Shown here in pieces: positions 28,892 to 44,278 of a stretch of 64,000 bases of DNA; the first letter of the stretch is position 1; each line of letters opens with the position of its first letter. Source of the stretch: Eledone cirrhosa (Eukaryota); NCBI GenBank assembly GCA_964016885.1, contig OZ024752.1, forward strand, positions 48,050,001 through 48,114,000, in the 5' to 3' direction. A program made the position numbers and the translations under genes. The notes below the pieces were generated by a model. That model did no database searches. It was not told where the DNA came from and saw only the letters and a list, made by a program, of their open reading frames with translations.

Positions 28892-30540
28892 CCCATTAGC
28901 ATTTAAACCGACCATATATGGTCAGAATTCTCTCACCTCTTTCTGTTCAAACTGGCTGTAACCAGCTGCTCATACTAATGTTAAGGTATTGTTCTGAATA
29001 TAAATAACATCAAAATCTTATAGATTCAATGTTATGTGCGATAATTATGTGAGGTAAAGCCTTTACCATGAAAATACAATAGTAAATATAGAGTAATGTA
29101 AATACTATGTGATATATTATGTGAGGTAAAGCCTTTACCATGAAAATACAATAGTAAATATAGAGTAATGTAAATACTATGTGAGATATTATGTGAGGTA
29201 AAGCCTTTACCATGAAAATACAATAGTAAATATAGAGTAATGTAAATACTATGCGAGATATTATGTGAGGTAAAGCCTTTACCATGAAAATACAATAGTA
29301 AATATAGAGTAATGTAAATACTATGTGAGATATTATGTGAGGTAAAGCCTTTACCATGAAAATACAATAGTAAATATAGAGTAATGTAAATACTATGCGA
29401 GATATTATGTGAGGTAAAGCCTTTACCATGAAAATTCAATAGTAAATATAGAGTAATGTAGATATTATGTGAGGTAAAGCCTTTACCATGAAAATACAAT
29501 AGTAAATATAGAGTAATGTAAATACTATGTGAGATATTATGTGAGGTAAAGCCTTTACCATGAAAATACAATAGTAAATATAGAGTAATGTAAATACTAT
29601 GTGAGATATTATGTGAGGTAAAGCCCTTACCATGAAAATACAATAGTAAATATAAAGTAATGTAAATACTATGTGAGATATTATGTGAGGTAAAGCCTTT
29701 ACCATGAAAATACAATAGTAAATATAGAGTAATGTAAATACTATGTGAGATATTATGTGAGGTAAAGCCTTTACCATGAAAATTCAATAGTAAATGTAGA
29801 GTAATGTAAATACTATGTGAGATATTATGTGAGGTAAAGCCTTTACCATGAAAATTCAATAGTAAATATAGAGTAATGTAAATACTATGTGAGATATTAT
29901 GTGAGGTAAAGCCTTTACCATGAAAATTCAATAGTAAATATAGAGTAATGTAAATACTATGTGAGATATTATGTGAGGTAAAGCCTTTACCATGAAAATT
30001 CAATAGTAAATATAGAGTAATGTAAATACTATGTGAGATATTATGTGAGGTAAAACCTATACCATGAAAATTCAATAGTATATATAGGGTAATGTAAATA
30101 CTATGTGAGATATTATGTGAGGTAAAGCCTTTACCATGAAAATACAATAGTAAATATAGAGTAATGTAAATACTATGTGAGATATTATGTGAGGTAAAGC
30201 CTTTACCATGAAAATACAATAGTAAATATAGAGTAATGTAAATACTATGTGAGATATTATGTGAGGTAAAGCCTTTACCATGAAAATACAATAGTAAATA
30301 TAGAGTAATGTAAATACTATGTGAGATATTATGTGAGGTAAAGCCTTTACCATGAAAATACAATAGTAAATATAGAGTAATGTAAATACTATGTGAGATA
30401 TTATGTGAGGTAAAGCCTTTACCATGAAAATTCAATAGTAAATATAGAGTAATGTAAATACTATGTGAGATATTATGTGAGGTAAAGCCTTTACCATGAA
30501 AATACAATAGTAAATATAGAATAGTGTAAATGGTAATGGG
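28892..30540 (-). mobile_element. MITE family A expanded by an internal tandem array
   Basis: ttaa-cccattagcattta ... taaatggtaatggg-ttaa termini enclose the 72-bp array. Confidence 0.82.
29041..30530. repeat. 72-bp tandem repeat, ~21 copies
   Basis: Unit gatattatgtgaggtaaagcctttaccatgaaaatacaatagtaaatatagagtaatgtaaatactatgtga; one 60-bp unit at 29401-29460; internal palindrome ggtaaag-c-ctttacc. Confidence 0.95.
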
Positions 30541-31544
30541 TTAAAGAGTCAACTTCAACATTCTTCAAAATAGATTCAGCTGTTAATTAGTTGGGACTCT
30601 TTGAATGATTTGGTCTTCTGTTAAGATTTACTTCTATAACAGACTCACTAGCACTACACTAACTTGACTCCTGGTCACATCTATAAATAGGTTACAAATA
30701 ATAACAAGGGTCTGTGTAAGCAAATAAGAGAAAAATATAGAACTGGAAATTAATGCTAAAGGTACCCCTCAAAAATATGTACAAAAGAAAAGGTTAACAA
30801 GTTGAATTTCCATGTATAATTACATTTTCAGTAACACATGTGGTTTTTCTTGAGTGTTTTTGTCTACCTTTAAAGAAATGCAAGTCTTAGGCAACACAAT
30901 CAACGAGCATAATTTAAGAGCGGGATGAAATGAAAAGAAAAGAAAAGTCTTTGATAGCAGGTGTCGTCTGTCACAGGTGTGTTAACTTTCCAGTTGATAA
31001 TCTCTTTTGCAGAAAACCAAAAACATTAACCATGTGACTTCTGAAATTCAAGATGGAACAGTATGGAATGGAGCAGACTGGTAGAGGGTGGTGGAGTATG
31101 ATAGAGTGGAGTGTGGTGGAGTGAGAGTCAAGTAGTAGAGTGGAGTGTGGTGGAGTGAGAGTCAAGTAGTAGAGTGGAGTAAAGTGGTGTGGTAGAGTGA
31201 AGTAAAGTAGTAGAGTGTAGTGGTGGAGTGGAGTGGAGTGGAGTTGAGTTGAGTGGAGTGTTTTGTTAGTAAACTGAAAGAACTCATTTCTCTCAGTCTT
31301 CAGCTGTTTAATTTAATCCTTTGGGTGGGTACATGGGGGAGGGGTGGGGGCAGGCTTAAAGACTTAATTAATGAAATAATATTTTTTTTTTTATATTTTA
31401 ATTAATTTTAATTTTATTATTATTTTCATCATCATTAAAAACTATAGAAATGATTATTATTATTATTATTATTATTATTAATATGATTATTATAGCCTCT
31501 TTTATTAGCAGCATTAGCTGCTAGCAGTAGTAGTTGTAGTAGTG

Positions 31545-31577
<33 letters not shown>

Positions 31578-32169
31578 CCGAAAAGTTTTATTTACATTCT
31601 TGTGAATTATTTCAACCGTTACAGCCCACCCCACCCCACCACCGATGTCCAAATATTACAAATATCTTAAATATTTTGCAGAAAGTACAGGGAGACAATA
31701 ATATATTAAAAGTTATATATAACGAGCATGAACTGAGGAACTAGTAACTATTGTATATAGTAGTAAGCAAATCAGCGACCATTGTTAGTTTAATGGGAAG
31801 AAGAAGAAGGCAAAGAAGAAGAAGGCAAAGGCAAAGAAGAAGGCAAAGGCGAAGGCGAAGAAGAAGAAGGCAAAGAAGAAGAAGAAGGCAAAGAAGAAGA
31901 AGAAAGGATGAAGAGGAAGAAGAAGGCAAAGAAGAAAGGATGAAGAAAATATTTTGCACGACTTTCAAATATTTTAGTACCTCATGTTTGCGAGTTAAAA
32001 TTTTCTATGATGTCAACTTTTGAGCTATCTTTAATATGTTTAAAAGTTCATCATGTTGACCTTTTCTCATTCAAGTATATTCCTAGTATAGGTAACACAT
32101 TAGTAGGATCCTTAGAAGGTTGACTGGAAGGTTCCAGTTCTCTGTGATCTGAGTTTCAAATACCACTGA

Positions 32170-32400
32170 GATCAATTTACCACCATAGGTGCTGAGCTGG
32201 CTAGCTGTAAGTATGAGCCTTGTGAGCTGGAATGGCTCTTCCAGTGCATCTTCCTCACCATCAAACGCCTTCTCTGTTCTGTCCACCAGGGCCGTGGGGT
32301 AGCCAGTGCATGGCTCATAATAGTAAGAGGTGGGGATGGCGAGAGAGACGGAGGTGATGAGAGTGGGAGTTTGGTTCCTCTGTGTTTGAACCTGGTCCAC
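32170..32400 (-). repeat. Second copy of the unclassified GC-rich repeat
   Basis: Reverse complement aligns with 56262-56475. Confidence 0.7.
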
Positions 32401-33786
32401 ATGTGTGCGTATTTTTACACTATCGACCCTTTCATGTCCTCTTCCTTTGTAAAGTTACTAACAAAATATACACCAATCCATTTCACATACGCATGTATGT
32501 AAATATTCATTTTATTATGGCTGAATAGTGAGTCTTATTACTCTGGAGTTTTGACTGTTTATTACTGGGTAATCAGACAAGATCTCACTATTCAGCCTTA
32601 ATAAAATGAATATATTTATATCACTCATTGGATATATATATATATATCCATTGAGTGAGATATGGCCCACCCAAGCAGTATATATGAATCAGACTATAAT
32701 ATCTCAGACTATAATAACCTGTCCAAATCATGCTAACATGGAAGGTGAACATGCAAAAAATTATATATGTATGTATGTATGTATACACACAAAAGACTTT
32801 GGCTAATTTAACAATTCTTGCCAATGTCTTACATTTTAGATAAGCCTACACATATGGAGAGAGAAAAAAAAAAATGAAAAAAAAAAAGTTAAATATTTAA
32901 AAAGTTACGAGAAATAGGAAAAAGAAAAATGAAACGAAGATGATGCCAAGAAAAAAAAAAAAAAAACTAGAAAAAAAAAACCAATTTAATGTTAAGAGAC
33001 ATATATTATTATCGCATTGTGCATTCAAATATCAATAAAACAAGAAGATGGGAGAGAGGAAAAAAAAATCATAAAACAAACCAACAAACCAACCAACGAA
33101 ACAGGAAAAAAAACTCTATTGAATATAGATATATACCATAATAGCATATGTTTTATTATTGACTTTAGAGAAGAAATGAGACGAGATGATACAAGACTAA
33201 ATGTAAATAAGAAAGTATCAAAGATTAACAAATATTTTAGCATTGTCAAAGATGTCAGATTTGAAAAATAAATAAATGAATAAATAAACAAATAAATAAA
33301 AGTTGGAAGGCAAAGCAAAAAAAGCAACTTTTTCTTTATTTTTTTAATATTTTCTTCTGAAGCTTCTATTCTTTGTAAAAGTTTTACTATATTAAATACA
33401 GTAAAGTTATATTTTATTTATAATATATTTTTGTCATATCGAGTGGTGGCGGTGATGGTGGTGGTGGTGGTGGAGGGGAGGGGAATACAAGAATGAATCT
33501 GTTGATATTCAGATGAGTTTATGAATAAAGAAACACACAATTGAATGAAATTTCTTCTTGCAAGTGATAGCACAGCGTCGAAGAAATTGACATCATTCTA
33601 TGTATATGTGTATTTATATATATATATATGTGTATATATATATATATGTATATATATATGTGTATATGTGTGCCTGTGTGTGTATATATGTATATATATG
33701 TATATATATATATGTGTATGTGTGTGTATGTATGTATGCAATAAATATATATGTATATGTGTATGTGTGCATATACATATATATGC

Positions 33787-33855
<69 letters not shown>

Positions 33856-36800
33856 TGTGTGTGTGTGTGTGTGTGTGTGTGTTTATATATATTTACATAT
33901 GCATGTATGTGTACGTAAGTTATGAAGATTTAAGTGTATATTTAGCAAAGTACATTGCAACTTTGGAGAAGTAAAAAGAGAAGAAATACTTCAAGGAAGA
34001 AAAAGAAAGAAACTACTAATGGAATAACAATTGCAACATGCAATGAAAGAACAACAAGATGAAGCCAAAGATATTTAACTATACATAACTGGTCTTGATC
34101 ATATATGAAAGAATTGATATTTATTTTATGAACATCTTTGCATCTGTTTCTCGAAAATACCAAAGATTAGATTGTTCTGTATAATCAGATATTTATTTTG
34201 AAAAAAAAAAGCAAAATGGTTGGAGCCAGTTTTACAGTTGGGTACTGTTCGAAATATTAATTATTCAACTCAGGTGCATGTCATAAGAGGGTACTAAAAG
34301 AGTTGGTATAAGGAAGGGTATCAAGTCACTGGAGTCCGTTTCAAGATTTACAGTTGGGTACTGTTCTAAATATCAATTTTTCAACCAGGGTGCATATTGT
34401 AAGAGGTGACTAAAAATAGTCTGGGATCAGGAAGAGCATCCAGCTGTTAGAGCTAGTTCAAGCTGTTAGAGCTAGTTCAAGAGTTAGTTCAAGAAATGAT
34501 AAGACCAGACAGGCAAGACAATAACATATCTGTCATTGCCTGATGATTAACCCAGAGTTAAACCCCCTTAAAATACTTCATAAAGGACTATAAAAGATCT
34601 GTAACAATTTCACTAGGTATCTATCCTCATAGCAAATCCAGATACCAGATTTTCCCTTTCCCCATGGGAAACATTGGAGATGTGGAAAGGGGAGACTTGT
34701 ATGCATAGGTAATTGCTGGTCTTCCACAAAATATCTGGCTGAAGGCTGCAGCTTCGAGAAGAACTTCCCAATTACAAACACAGTCATATTATGATTGAAA
34801 CATATTTAATGATAAATATACTTAATGAAATTATCCAAAAACATATTCAATTAAGAATACATCCATAAAAAAAAAATCAAAAAAATCATTAGCATTGATA
34901 ATTCTTGTCAAGAAAGTCAAGGGAAGCAACTTTAAAATTAAAATTAAAAGGAGACATACAATGGAGTGTAAGTCAGCAAATTAGCAAAGTTTTTAGAATG
35001 TTAGATGAAATGTTTTGTGTTATTTGGTTTGGTTCTCTGCACTCTGGAAAGTTCCAAAAACATAGTACCAGTGGCAGATTTTCAAAAATGTTAGAGCATC
35101 AGATGTAGGACCTTGTGCCAACCCTGCATGATCTGAGTTCAAATCTTGTCTCTTGTCACTGACAAAATAGTGAAATGATGGAACTGGGGGCGCCTACCAT
35201 TAAAATATCCAAGAATCCTCTGACAAAGTGATAGAACTGGGGGGAGGGGGGGGGGGCTCCTATCATTAAAAAATCCTAAAACCCTCTAAGGAAATGCAAT
35301 CTCATAGGGGTCAAGCTATAGCTACACAGGTGTGAGCCGTACCAACAAAGTATAATGGGAAGTGAATCTGAAAAAGTAGGTAAGATTGTTCTTCTCAGAG
35401 AATTATACTGTGGAAATATTAAAAATATTATAACCTAGTTCACAGACACATATATAGAAAATTAACAAAAGGGTATTCATTTATTTGAGTATGAGCAGGA
35501 TGAGGAGGAGGAGGTGGTGAAAAAAAGAGAGAGATAAGATAGAGTGATAGAAGATAAAGAGAAGGGTGAGGTAAGAGATGTAAACAAACAGATGCAAGGA
35601 TTGGAAACAATAAATGCAAAGAAAGCAAAGAAGTCTATCATTACTGTGTCTACCAGTAGAAGCTGACACAGAATATTTTTGGTAATAATGAGGTATTCAA
35701 TTGAAAGAAGCATTTCAAATTTTTCAAAAAATTTTAAAATTTTGAAAAATAATTTTTCAAAGGGAGTTTGGAGGATATATAGGGGAAAGGGAATATAGGG
35801 TGGAAATTCTCTATAGCTGGGGCCATATATATTAAACCAAGAATCAATAGTTCTATAGTTGAATACTCTCAGTTTCAATTTAAATTGTTCCTATTCTTCT
35901 TTTGTCAGTTAAGAAATAAAATATATTCTATAAAGAAACAGAGGTAAAAAGAAGAAGAAAAAACTTCAATTGGAAAAATGTGTTATAGAATAAAGCACTT
36001 TCAAATAAATATATATATATACACATGTGTTTGTGTATATTTATGTATATGTATTTAATACAACAAAAAAATGTATAATATTCCAACACATTTTATTTCA
36101 AAAGATTGTTATACTTGTGTTTCCCTTCCGTTCTGTTCATATTGAAGTTAAGAAATAATAATAATAATAATAATAAATAAATAAATAAATAAATAAATGA
36201 ACAGAAAACAGGAAGAAAAAAAACAAAAGTGTTTTTAAATACTCACAGAATAAATAAGAAGTTGGTAAAAACAAAACGAAACACAGCAAAAATAAAATAA
36301 TGGAAAAATGAGTGAAAACTTATGTCTTTTATATCATTTGAAAAAGTGTCCCAGCAGCAATAGAGTTGTAGTAGAACAAGAGAATAAAGGAATAGTCTCC
36401 AAGATAATATTGAACTTACTGGATCTATAAGTAGAGAGAGAGGGTGGGAGAGAGAGGGAGAGAGAGAGAGGGTGTCGTGGGAGGAAGGATGGGGAAAAAA
36501 TATGGTAGATGAGATGAGAAAGTAAAAAAAAAAAACAGTTGTCTCAATGAATTCTTTGTTATATAACTAAGGACAAAAATACTGAACAACAATAGGACAT
36601 TATTATTATTATTATTTTTATTTTTATTATTATTATTTTTTTACGTTTTTGACTTATTTGTGAAAGGAAACGAAATGAGAGATGGCAACAACAATAACAA
36701 CAGAATATTTCAGTGTGATATTTTTTTTTTATTTTCGTTTTTTTTTTTTTTAAATGGCCAACAAAAAATTTTTCTTAGAGAAAGTAAGAAATCATATGAA

Positions 36801-37102
36801 ATAAGTCATAGTAAGTCCATTTCTATATGTATTGTATGTTTTACTATGGTAAAGCTGCTGTGAAGTGGAAGAAAAAAAACAAAACAAAAAAGATGGAGAA
36901 GGAGGGGGGAGAAAGATGGAATACAATAAATTTGAATATAAACACTGGATATAGTCAGGGCAGGAGGGAAGTGTGTTAAACACAAGAATACAGCTGTAGA
37001 ACTCTTTATCATTATATCCAGGGCCAGAGCTCACATTAGGCCAACTGGACAACATCTTAGAATGTAAACCTCAGGCCAGTGCATGGACCCCCATTTGCTC
37101 AT

Positions 37103-37252
37103 AATAATTTTGGCACAAGGCTAGCAATTATTGCAATGTATTACTGGTACTTCATTTTATCGATGAAAGGCAAAGTTAACCTCGGCAGGATTTGAACTCA
37201 GATCGTAAAGGGGTGTAACACTATGCTGCAAAGCATGGTGTCTGACCCTCTA
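37103..37252 (-). mobile_element. SINE family 1 copy interrupting an unclassified GC-rich repeat
   Basis: tttggcacaaggctagc...gatttgaactcagatcgtaaag...gcatggtgtctgaccctcta. Confidence 0.8.
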
Positions 37253-37861
37253 GAGATGGGGAGAGCGAGAGAGATGGAGTCAGTGACAGTGGGAGTTTGG
37301 TTGTTTTATGTTCAGACCTGGTGTATATATGTATATATAAAAGAGAACGACTCTAAAAGCTGAATCTTTTCTTTCAAAGAGAAGAAATGAATTGAAAGCC
37401 ATTTATCAGGCTATATGCTCCTTTTTTTTCCATTGTCAAAATAGTAACACACTTCGTACATAATATGTAAACATCTTTTTATTAAGAGTTGGCCATTACT
37501 GAACCTTAAAATATCATAGTTTTATAGAAACATATAATTAAATAAAATATATAATAATTTCATGTGATTAATAAATAAATCACTAAACATCATTACTACA
37601 TAGCAGCAACCCCATAACATAACTGGTATTATATTTTACTGATCTCACACCCACTAAGGATGAACGGCAAAGTTAACTCTTGTGACATTGGAACATAGAG
37701 TGTAAAATAATGTAATTAAATGCCACATGGCATTTTACCTGTTGCTCTACCAATTCTGCTAAACTCTAATGTAAAAAGACTCCAACATACAGTTGCACTA
37801 AGTAATATTTTCTAATTTAGGCACAGGGCCAGTAATTTGGTGGGAGGAGAAAGTTGATTAA

Positions 37862-38414
37862 CTCTTTTGATACCAAACCATCTGAAACTGCCCTTGGCTG
37901 CATCGTACTAAAATGTTTATTTTAAAGAGTATATATTTATTTATAAACCTTCTGTCATGATTTTATTTAAGAAACTTTAAGTTATGTTCCATACACCATC
38001 TTAATAAAGAAAACGTTAGTTATATTACTATGTCTAGGGTGGTTAAAATTCCTGAGATCCATGGACGAGTTCTCTCCAGCGGTCTCTGTCCCTCATTATT
38101 GCTGCCATGTCCTGCGTCTCCAAGAGACCAGTGTCTGTCCTTAGGGCATCAACATATGATAACCTTGGTCTCCCTCTTCCAGTGTGTCCATGCAGGGGCT
38201 CCCACAGGAGCACTGAGTGCAGTATCAACTCTGGATGTCGGTGAGCATGTCCAGCTAACCTCAGTCTCCTCTGAGACTTGGCCACTGACCAAGAAACTCA
38301 CTCAGATGGTGGATGGGTGCTATATTACTAAATCCCTCCAAATTCATGATTATTTTCAAATTTATTTGAAAATCATAGGCAGTGCTTTTCATAAGAGATA
38401 TGGTAACAAAACGA
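37862..38414 (+). mobile_element. MITE family B inserted in a SINE and itself interrupted by an RTE fragment
   Basis: TTAA at 37858-37861 and 38415-38418; the flanks join into SINE family 1 (37803-38530). Confidence 0.7.
38031..38320 (-). mobile_element. 5'-truncated RTE-like LINE fragment (second family) with 10-bp TSD
   Basis: ORF 38043-38285 RRLRLAGHAHRHPEL...GRGRPRLSYVDALRTDTGL...MRDRDRWR; TSD tatattacta at 38021-38030 and 38321-38330. Confidence 0.85.
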
Positions 38415-39206
38415 TTAAACCACCCCCCCAAATAATTGATGGGTAATTTACTTTTATTGATCTCCACGAAAAGATGAAAATCAAGGTTGACCTCAACGAA
38501 ATTTGAACCCAGAATGTAACGAATCAGAAACTGCTGCATTTAATAATAGATGCAGCTTCATAGATATATAAACTAATGAAAACTTTAAGTTCCCATTCAA
38601 ACCCCTCCACTCACAACAACTCTCTGCCTTCCAACTCCTGGTTTCATGTCTTTTAATATGAAATATAAATAAATGTAAATAAAATTTAAAATAAAAGATT
38701 GACTGCCTTTATTAGAATTGAGCAAAGAGATTTTTTTTTTTTCCAGAAAATAAAATGAAATTACATTTCATACATACACACTCGTACTCACAGACACACA
38801 CACTTGAACATAAACGCACCCAAACACATCAGTATACGTAGATATTTTCACAATGGTGTAATTGTGTAACTTACAAAAGCACATTTCTATGTTTTCATGA
38901 TGGTCTTATCTCCATGCAATCCTAACATTTCATTGATTGCAGTAAAAGTAAAAGTAAAATGGCTCGGTGCTAGGTGATAGGTGTGTATTACAGAGAAACT
39001 CTTTTGTTGAAAGAGCTGCATCTAAGATATAATAATATTAATAGAACAATTTAACATATTGTAAATTCGTATAAAGAGACTCATCATCATCATCATCATC
39101 ATTATCATCATCATCAGCAGCAGCAGTATGACCATAAACATCATTATTTCTCTTTAAACTTTATGTGAAACTAAAAAAAAAAATATTAAATTAAAACTAT
39201 ATATAA

Positions 39207-39792
39207 AGTAGTAGTAGTAGTGGTAGTAGTGGTGGTGGTGGTGGTGGTGGTGGTGGTGATGGTGGTGGTGGTGGTGGTGGTGGTGGTGGTGATGATGGTG
39301 GTGGTGGTGGTGGTAAAATATAATTTTGGCATTGCTTCTGCTGCTGTTGCTGCTATAATTGATGATGAGGGTTGATAAAGAGGGGGTAGGGGGTTCTGGT
39401 CAGGATAAAGGTAGTAGTAGTAGTAGTAGTAGTAATTTTTCTGATCATCATGATGAAGGTGATGATGACAATGATGGTGATGGAGGTGATGACAATGATG
39501 ATGATGATGGTGGTGATGGAGGTGGAGGTGGTGTTGACGACGATGATGGTGATGGAGGTGGTGACGATGATGATGATGATGATGGTGATGGTGTTGACGA
39601 CGACGATGGTGATGGCGGTGGTGACGGTGACGGCGGTGACGGTGGTGGTGGTGGTAATGATGAAGACGATGACGATGATGATGACAGTGGTAATGGTGAT
39701 GACAGCAATGAAGGAGGTGATGACGATAACGATGATGATGATGATGGAGGTGGTGATAACGATGATAACGATGACGACGATGATGATAATGA
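39207..39792. repeat. (GGT/GAT/GAC)n trinucleotide tract
   Basis: Direct reading of the sequence. Confidence 0.9.
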
Positions 39793-40265
39793 AAGAAGGG
39801 GGGGGGGAAGGGGGTCGATAATAAAAATATTGTTGAGCATGATCCTAACAGCCCTACCGATTATGAAAGCTACAGCACATCACAGCACAGCACAGCACTA
39901 CACTACACTACACTACACTACACTACACTACACTGTCTATAATTAGTCTAGTACTCTTCCTTCTGCCTCATGCTTGCTCTAAATTTTAATTTAATTTTAA
40001 CTTTTAATTTTAACTAAGAAACAAACAAAAAAAACAACAACAAAACAGACAAAAAAACAAAAACAAACCAAACCAAACTAAAAACAAACAACAATAAACA
40101 CCAACTGGTCCTCACCCCCACCTCCATTACCAGTTTCCTTTTTAACCAAAAATGCCAGTCTCTGGTTGAATGAATATCTTCATTAGTGAAATCATTCTCA
40201 GTACGACATTATCAAATCTTTCCATTTTCCCCGGCTTTTGTGTCATCAACACACCTATACACACA

Positions 40266-40348
<83 letters not shown>

Positions 40349-40380
40349 GTGTGTGTATATATATATATATATACACACAC

Positions 40381-40419
<39 letters not shown>

Positions 40420-40421
40420 TG

Positions 40422-40455
<34 letters not shown>

Positions 40456-40486
40456 TGTATATATATATATATATATATACACACAC

Positions 40487-40545
<59 letters not shown>

Positions 40546-40637
40546 TGTGTATATATATATATATATATACACACATGTGTATATATATATATATACACAC
40601 ACATGTATATATATATATATATATACACACACACATG

Positions 40638-40776
<139 letters not shown>

Positions 40777-41116
40777 TTATATTCACATAGACATACATAC
40801 ACACACGTATATAGATATCTATCGATATATATATATATACATACATACATATGTGTGTGTGTGTAGTGTGTGCACACACACACACACATGCACGCACACA
40901 CACGCACACGCATGCTCCAAGTTGACTGTGTGTACAACATCATACCAATATTTCTCATCATACATCAATATCATTAATAAGATCGACAACGGAAGAAGGA
41001 AAGATGGGTGGAGGGAAGAGTGGAGAGAGAGAGAGAGAGAGAGAGAATGTGATGAACTGAACTGAGGCTGAAAATATGGATGCAAAAAGAGAGAAGAAAT
41101 ACCTTAGAAAATATTC

Positions 41117-41150
<34 letters not shown>

Positions 41151-41159
41151 GAGAGAGAG

Positions 41160-41210
<51 letters not shown>

Positions 41211-42736
41211 TACACAAAGATGCTGGCTACATCAGAATTCATTGTGTGAGGTTTTGACATCATTCTAGGGCTCTTTAAAGATTTCCAGAGTAGACAATAT
41301 AAGCACTTGTCTGCTTACAACTCTACAACAATATATTATATTTATACACATATATATATATATATATATATATGTGTATGTGTGTGTGTGTGCGTGTGTG
41401 CGTGTGTTTATGTGAATAGTGAACATAAACATCTATGATTGTGTGTGTGTGTGTACATAATTATATATATACATATATACACATATATAATTATATAGAC
41501 ATATATATACACACATATATATACACACATATATATATACATAATTAATTATATATACATATATACATACATATATATATATATATACATATACATACAT
41601 ATATATAAATACATATATACATACACATACATAAATACATATATACATACACATACATATAGACATACACATACATATATACACACACACATACATATAT
41701 ACACATATATACATACACATACATACATATATACATACACATACATACACATACATACATATATACATACACATACATACATATATACATACACACACAT
41801 ACACACACATATACATACACACGCATACATACATACACACATATATACATACACATACATATATACATATACATACATACACATACACACACATACATAC
41901 ATACACATACACATATACGTACACACACATACATACACATACACATATATACACACACACACATACATACACACACACACACACACATACACACACATAC
42001 ACACATACACACACACACACACACACATATATATACACACATACATATATACACAATCTCTCAATGAAAGACATGGACATATATCTATCTCCATCCAGTG
42101 AACAACAATCTGCTTTGAAGCTATTGATAAATGGGTTGGACTCTCAGTCAAGTTATTGAATTTCTGTAAGAAGGCAAGAATCAAAACCTTGGTGCTATAA
42201 TGGAGGGAACCTTTACCAATTATCCTACCTAAGGTAGGTTTCTCTACTTATTCAATACATATATTAGAATCCTCTTTCTCAGGGAATGTTTGCAAATGAT
42301 CGGTTTTACATTGCAAAGCCACAATCGCTTTATCTTTGAAGTCGGTGTGTAATGTAATTTCTTCATATGCATTGTCAGAATGGAATTCAGGGGAAATATT
42401 GGTATTGGTGTGTGTGTGTGTATATATATATATGTGTATGTGTGTGTGTGTATGTATATATGTGTGTGTATGTATATATGTGTGTGTGTGTGTGTATATA
42501 TATATGTGTGTGTGTGTATATATATATATGTGTGTGTGTGTGTGTATATATATATATGTGTGTGTATATGTATATATATATGTGTGTATATATATATATG
42601 TGTATATATATATATGTGTATATATATATATGTGTGTATATATATATATGTGTATATATATATATGTGTGTATATATATATATATGTGTATATATATATA
42701 TGTGTATATATATATATATATGTAATTATATATATA

Positions 42737-42767
<31 letters not shown>

Positions 42768-42798
42768 GTGTGTATATATATATGTGTATATGTATATA

Positions 42799-42829
<31 letters not shown>

Positions 42830-42864
42830 GTGTATATGTATATATATATGTGTATATGTATATA

Positions 42865-42911
<47 letters not shown>

Positions 42912-44091
42912 ATATATATATATATATGTGTATATATATATATATATATATAGTGTGTGTATATATATATGTGTATATATATATATATATGTGTGTAGCA
43001 ACACCACAATAACAGCAACAACAATACCACATTCTTAGTAGTAGTAGTAGTAACAGCAGCAGCAGTAGTAGTAGCAACAACAATAGTAGTAGTAGTAGTA
43101 ATAGTAGTAGCAACAATAGCAGTAGTAGTAGCAGCAACAACAATAGCAGTAGTAGTAGCAGTAACAACAATAGCAGTAGTAGTAGTAGCAGTAACAACAA
43201 TGGTAGTAGTAGCAATAATAATTGTTTCTACTTTAGGCACAAGGCCAGCAATTACCCAGTACCTAATCTCTAATATTTACCTTTTTTCTACACATTAACT
43301 ATGGAATGAAATTGAAGACATAATCTACTATGGACAGAACAGAATATTTATATTACCTCTAATACCCATGCTAGCATGGAAGATAGATGTTAAAAGATGA
43401 TGGTGATGATGATGTTAATACAAATTAATAAATTACAGAACAAAATCAAAGCCTTATTTTATTAAAAACATACCATACTAAAAAGACCATCTCCTTGTAA
43501 CTAAAAGCAAGGGTTACCCATCTCCCTACCACCAATTAATGATCTGTTTTAACTGGCCTCCCTTTTATTTTGGCCTGATCATCATAGGTAGAAGAAATAT
43601 TAGCAGTTTACATTACTCTATATTTACTATTAGATTTTCGCGGTAAAGGCTTTATCTCACATAATATCGAATCTATGAGATTTAGATATTATTTATTTTG
43701 TGAACAATGCCTTAACATCAGTATGAGTGGCAAGTTAGAGCTGATTCGACTAGAAAGAGGTGAGAGAATTCTGGCCGGATACAGCCAGTTTAAATATTAA
43801 AGAGTTTACTGTTTTGTAGCCATATTTCTAATGAAATTACCTATACACTTCATTTAATATTTAACACTTTTGATAACAACTCGGTCAAACCTGGCTCTGG
43901 TTCTATTAAAGGGTTTCTATTTAAATTACAATCTTCTGACATTATATATGTAAATCTACTATTTGGATAATGCAATAATTATTGTAGTAAATTCATCAAA
44001 ATTATTTATTAATTACTTGCAACAGAGTGTATATCATTAGAAATAGTCATGAAAGGGTTTAGTAAAATAATAAATTATTTGAAGTATTAAA

Positions 44092-44278
44092 GGCGATGAA
44101 TTGGCTGTATCAGTAGTTTATGTTCTGAGTTCAAATCCCTCCGATGTTAGCTTTGCCTTTCATCCTTACATGGGGTCGATGAAATAACCAGTAACACGCT
44201 GGGGCATTTTAATCGACTCCACCACACTCCCTCCCGAAAATTATTGGTCTTGTGCCTAAATGAAAAACCAATATATTA
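44092..44278 (+). mobile_element. Diverged SINE family 1 copy
   Basis: ctgagttcaaatccc...ctttgcctttcatcctt...ggggtcgat...cttgtgcctaaa. Confidence 0.7.

Noticed and set aside
29032-30507. 491-aa ORF, or a CRISPR-like array with palindromic repeats
   Set aside because: The unit is 72 bp (24 codons), so the open frame is a by-product. There are no unique spacers or cas genes, and the unit derives from the MITE.
39359-39946. Asp/Gly-rich 195-aa ORF, and the Pro/Ser/Thr ORFs at 25.9-26.7 kb
   Set aside because: Trinucleotide low-complexity tracts open in several frames, with no splice or homology support.
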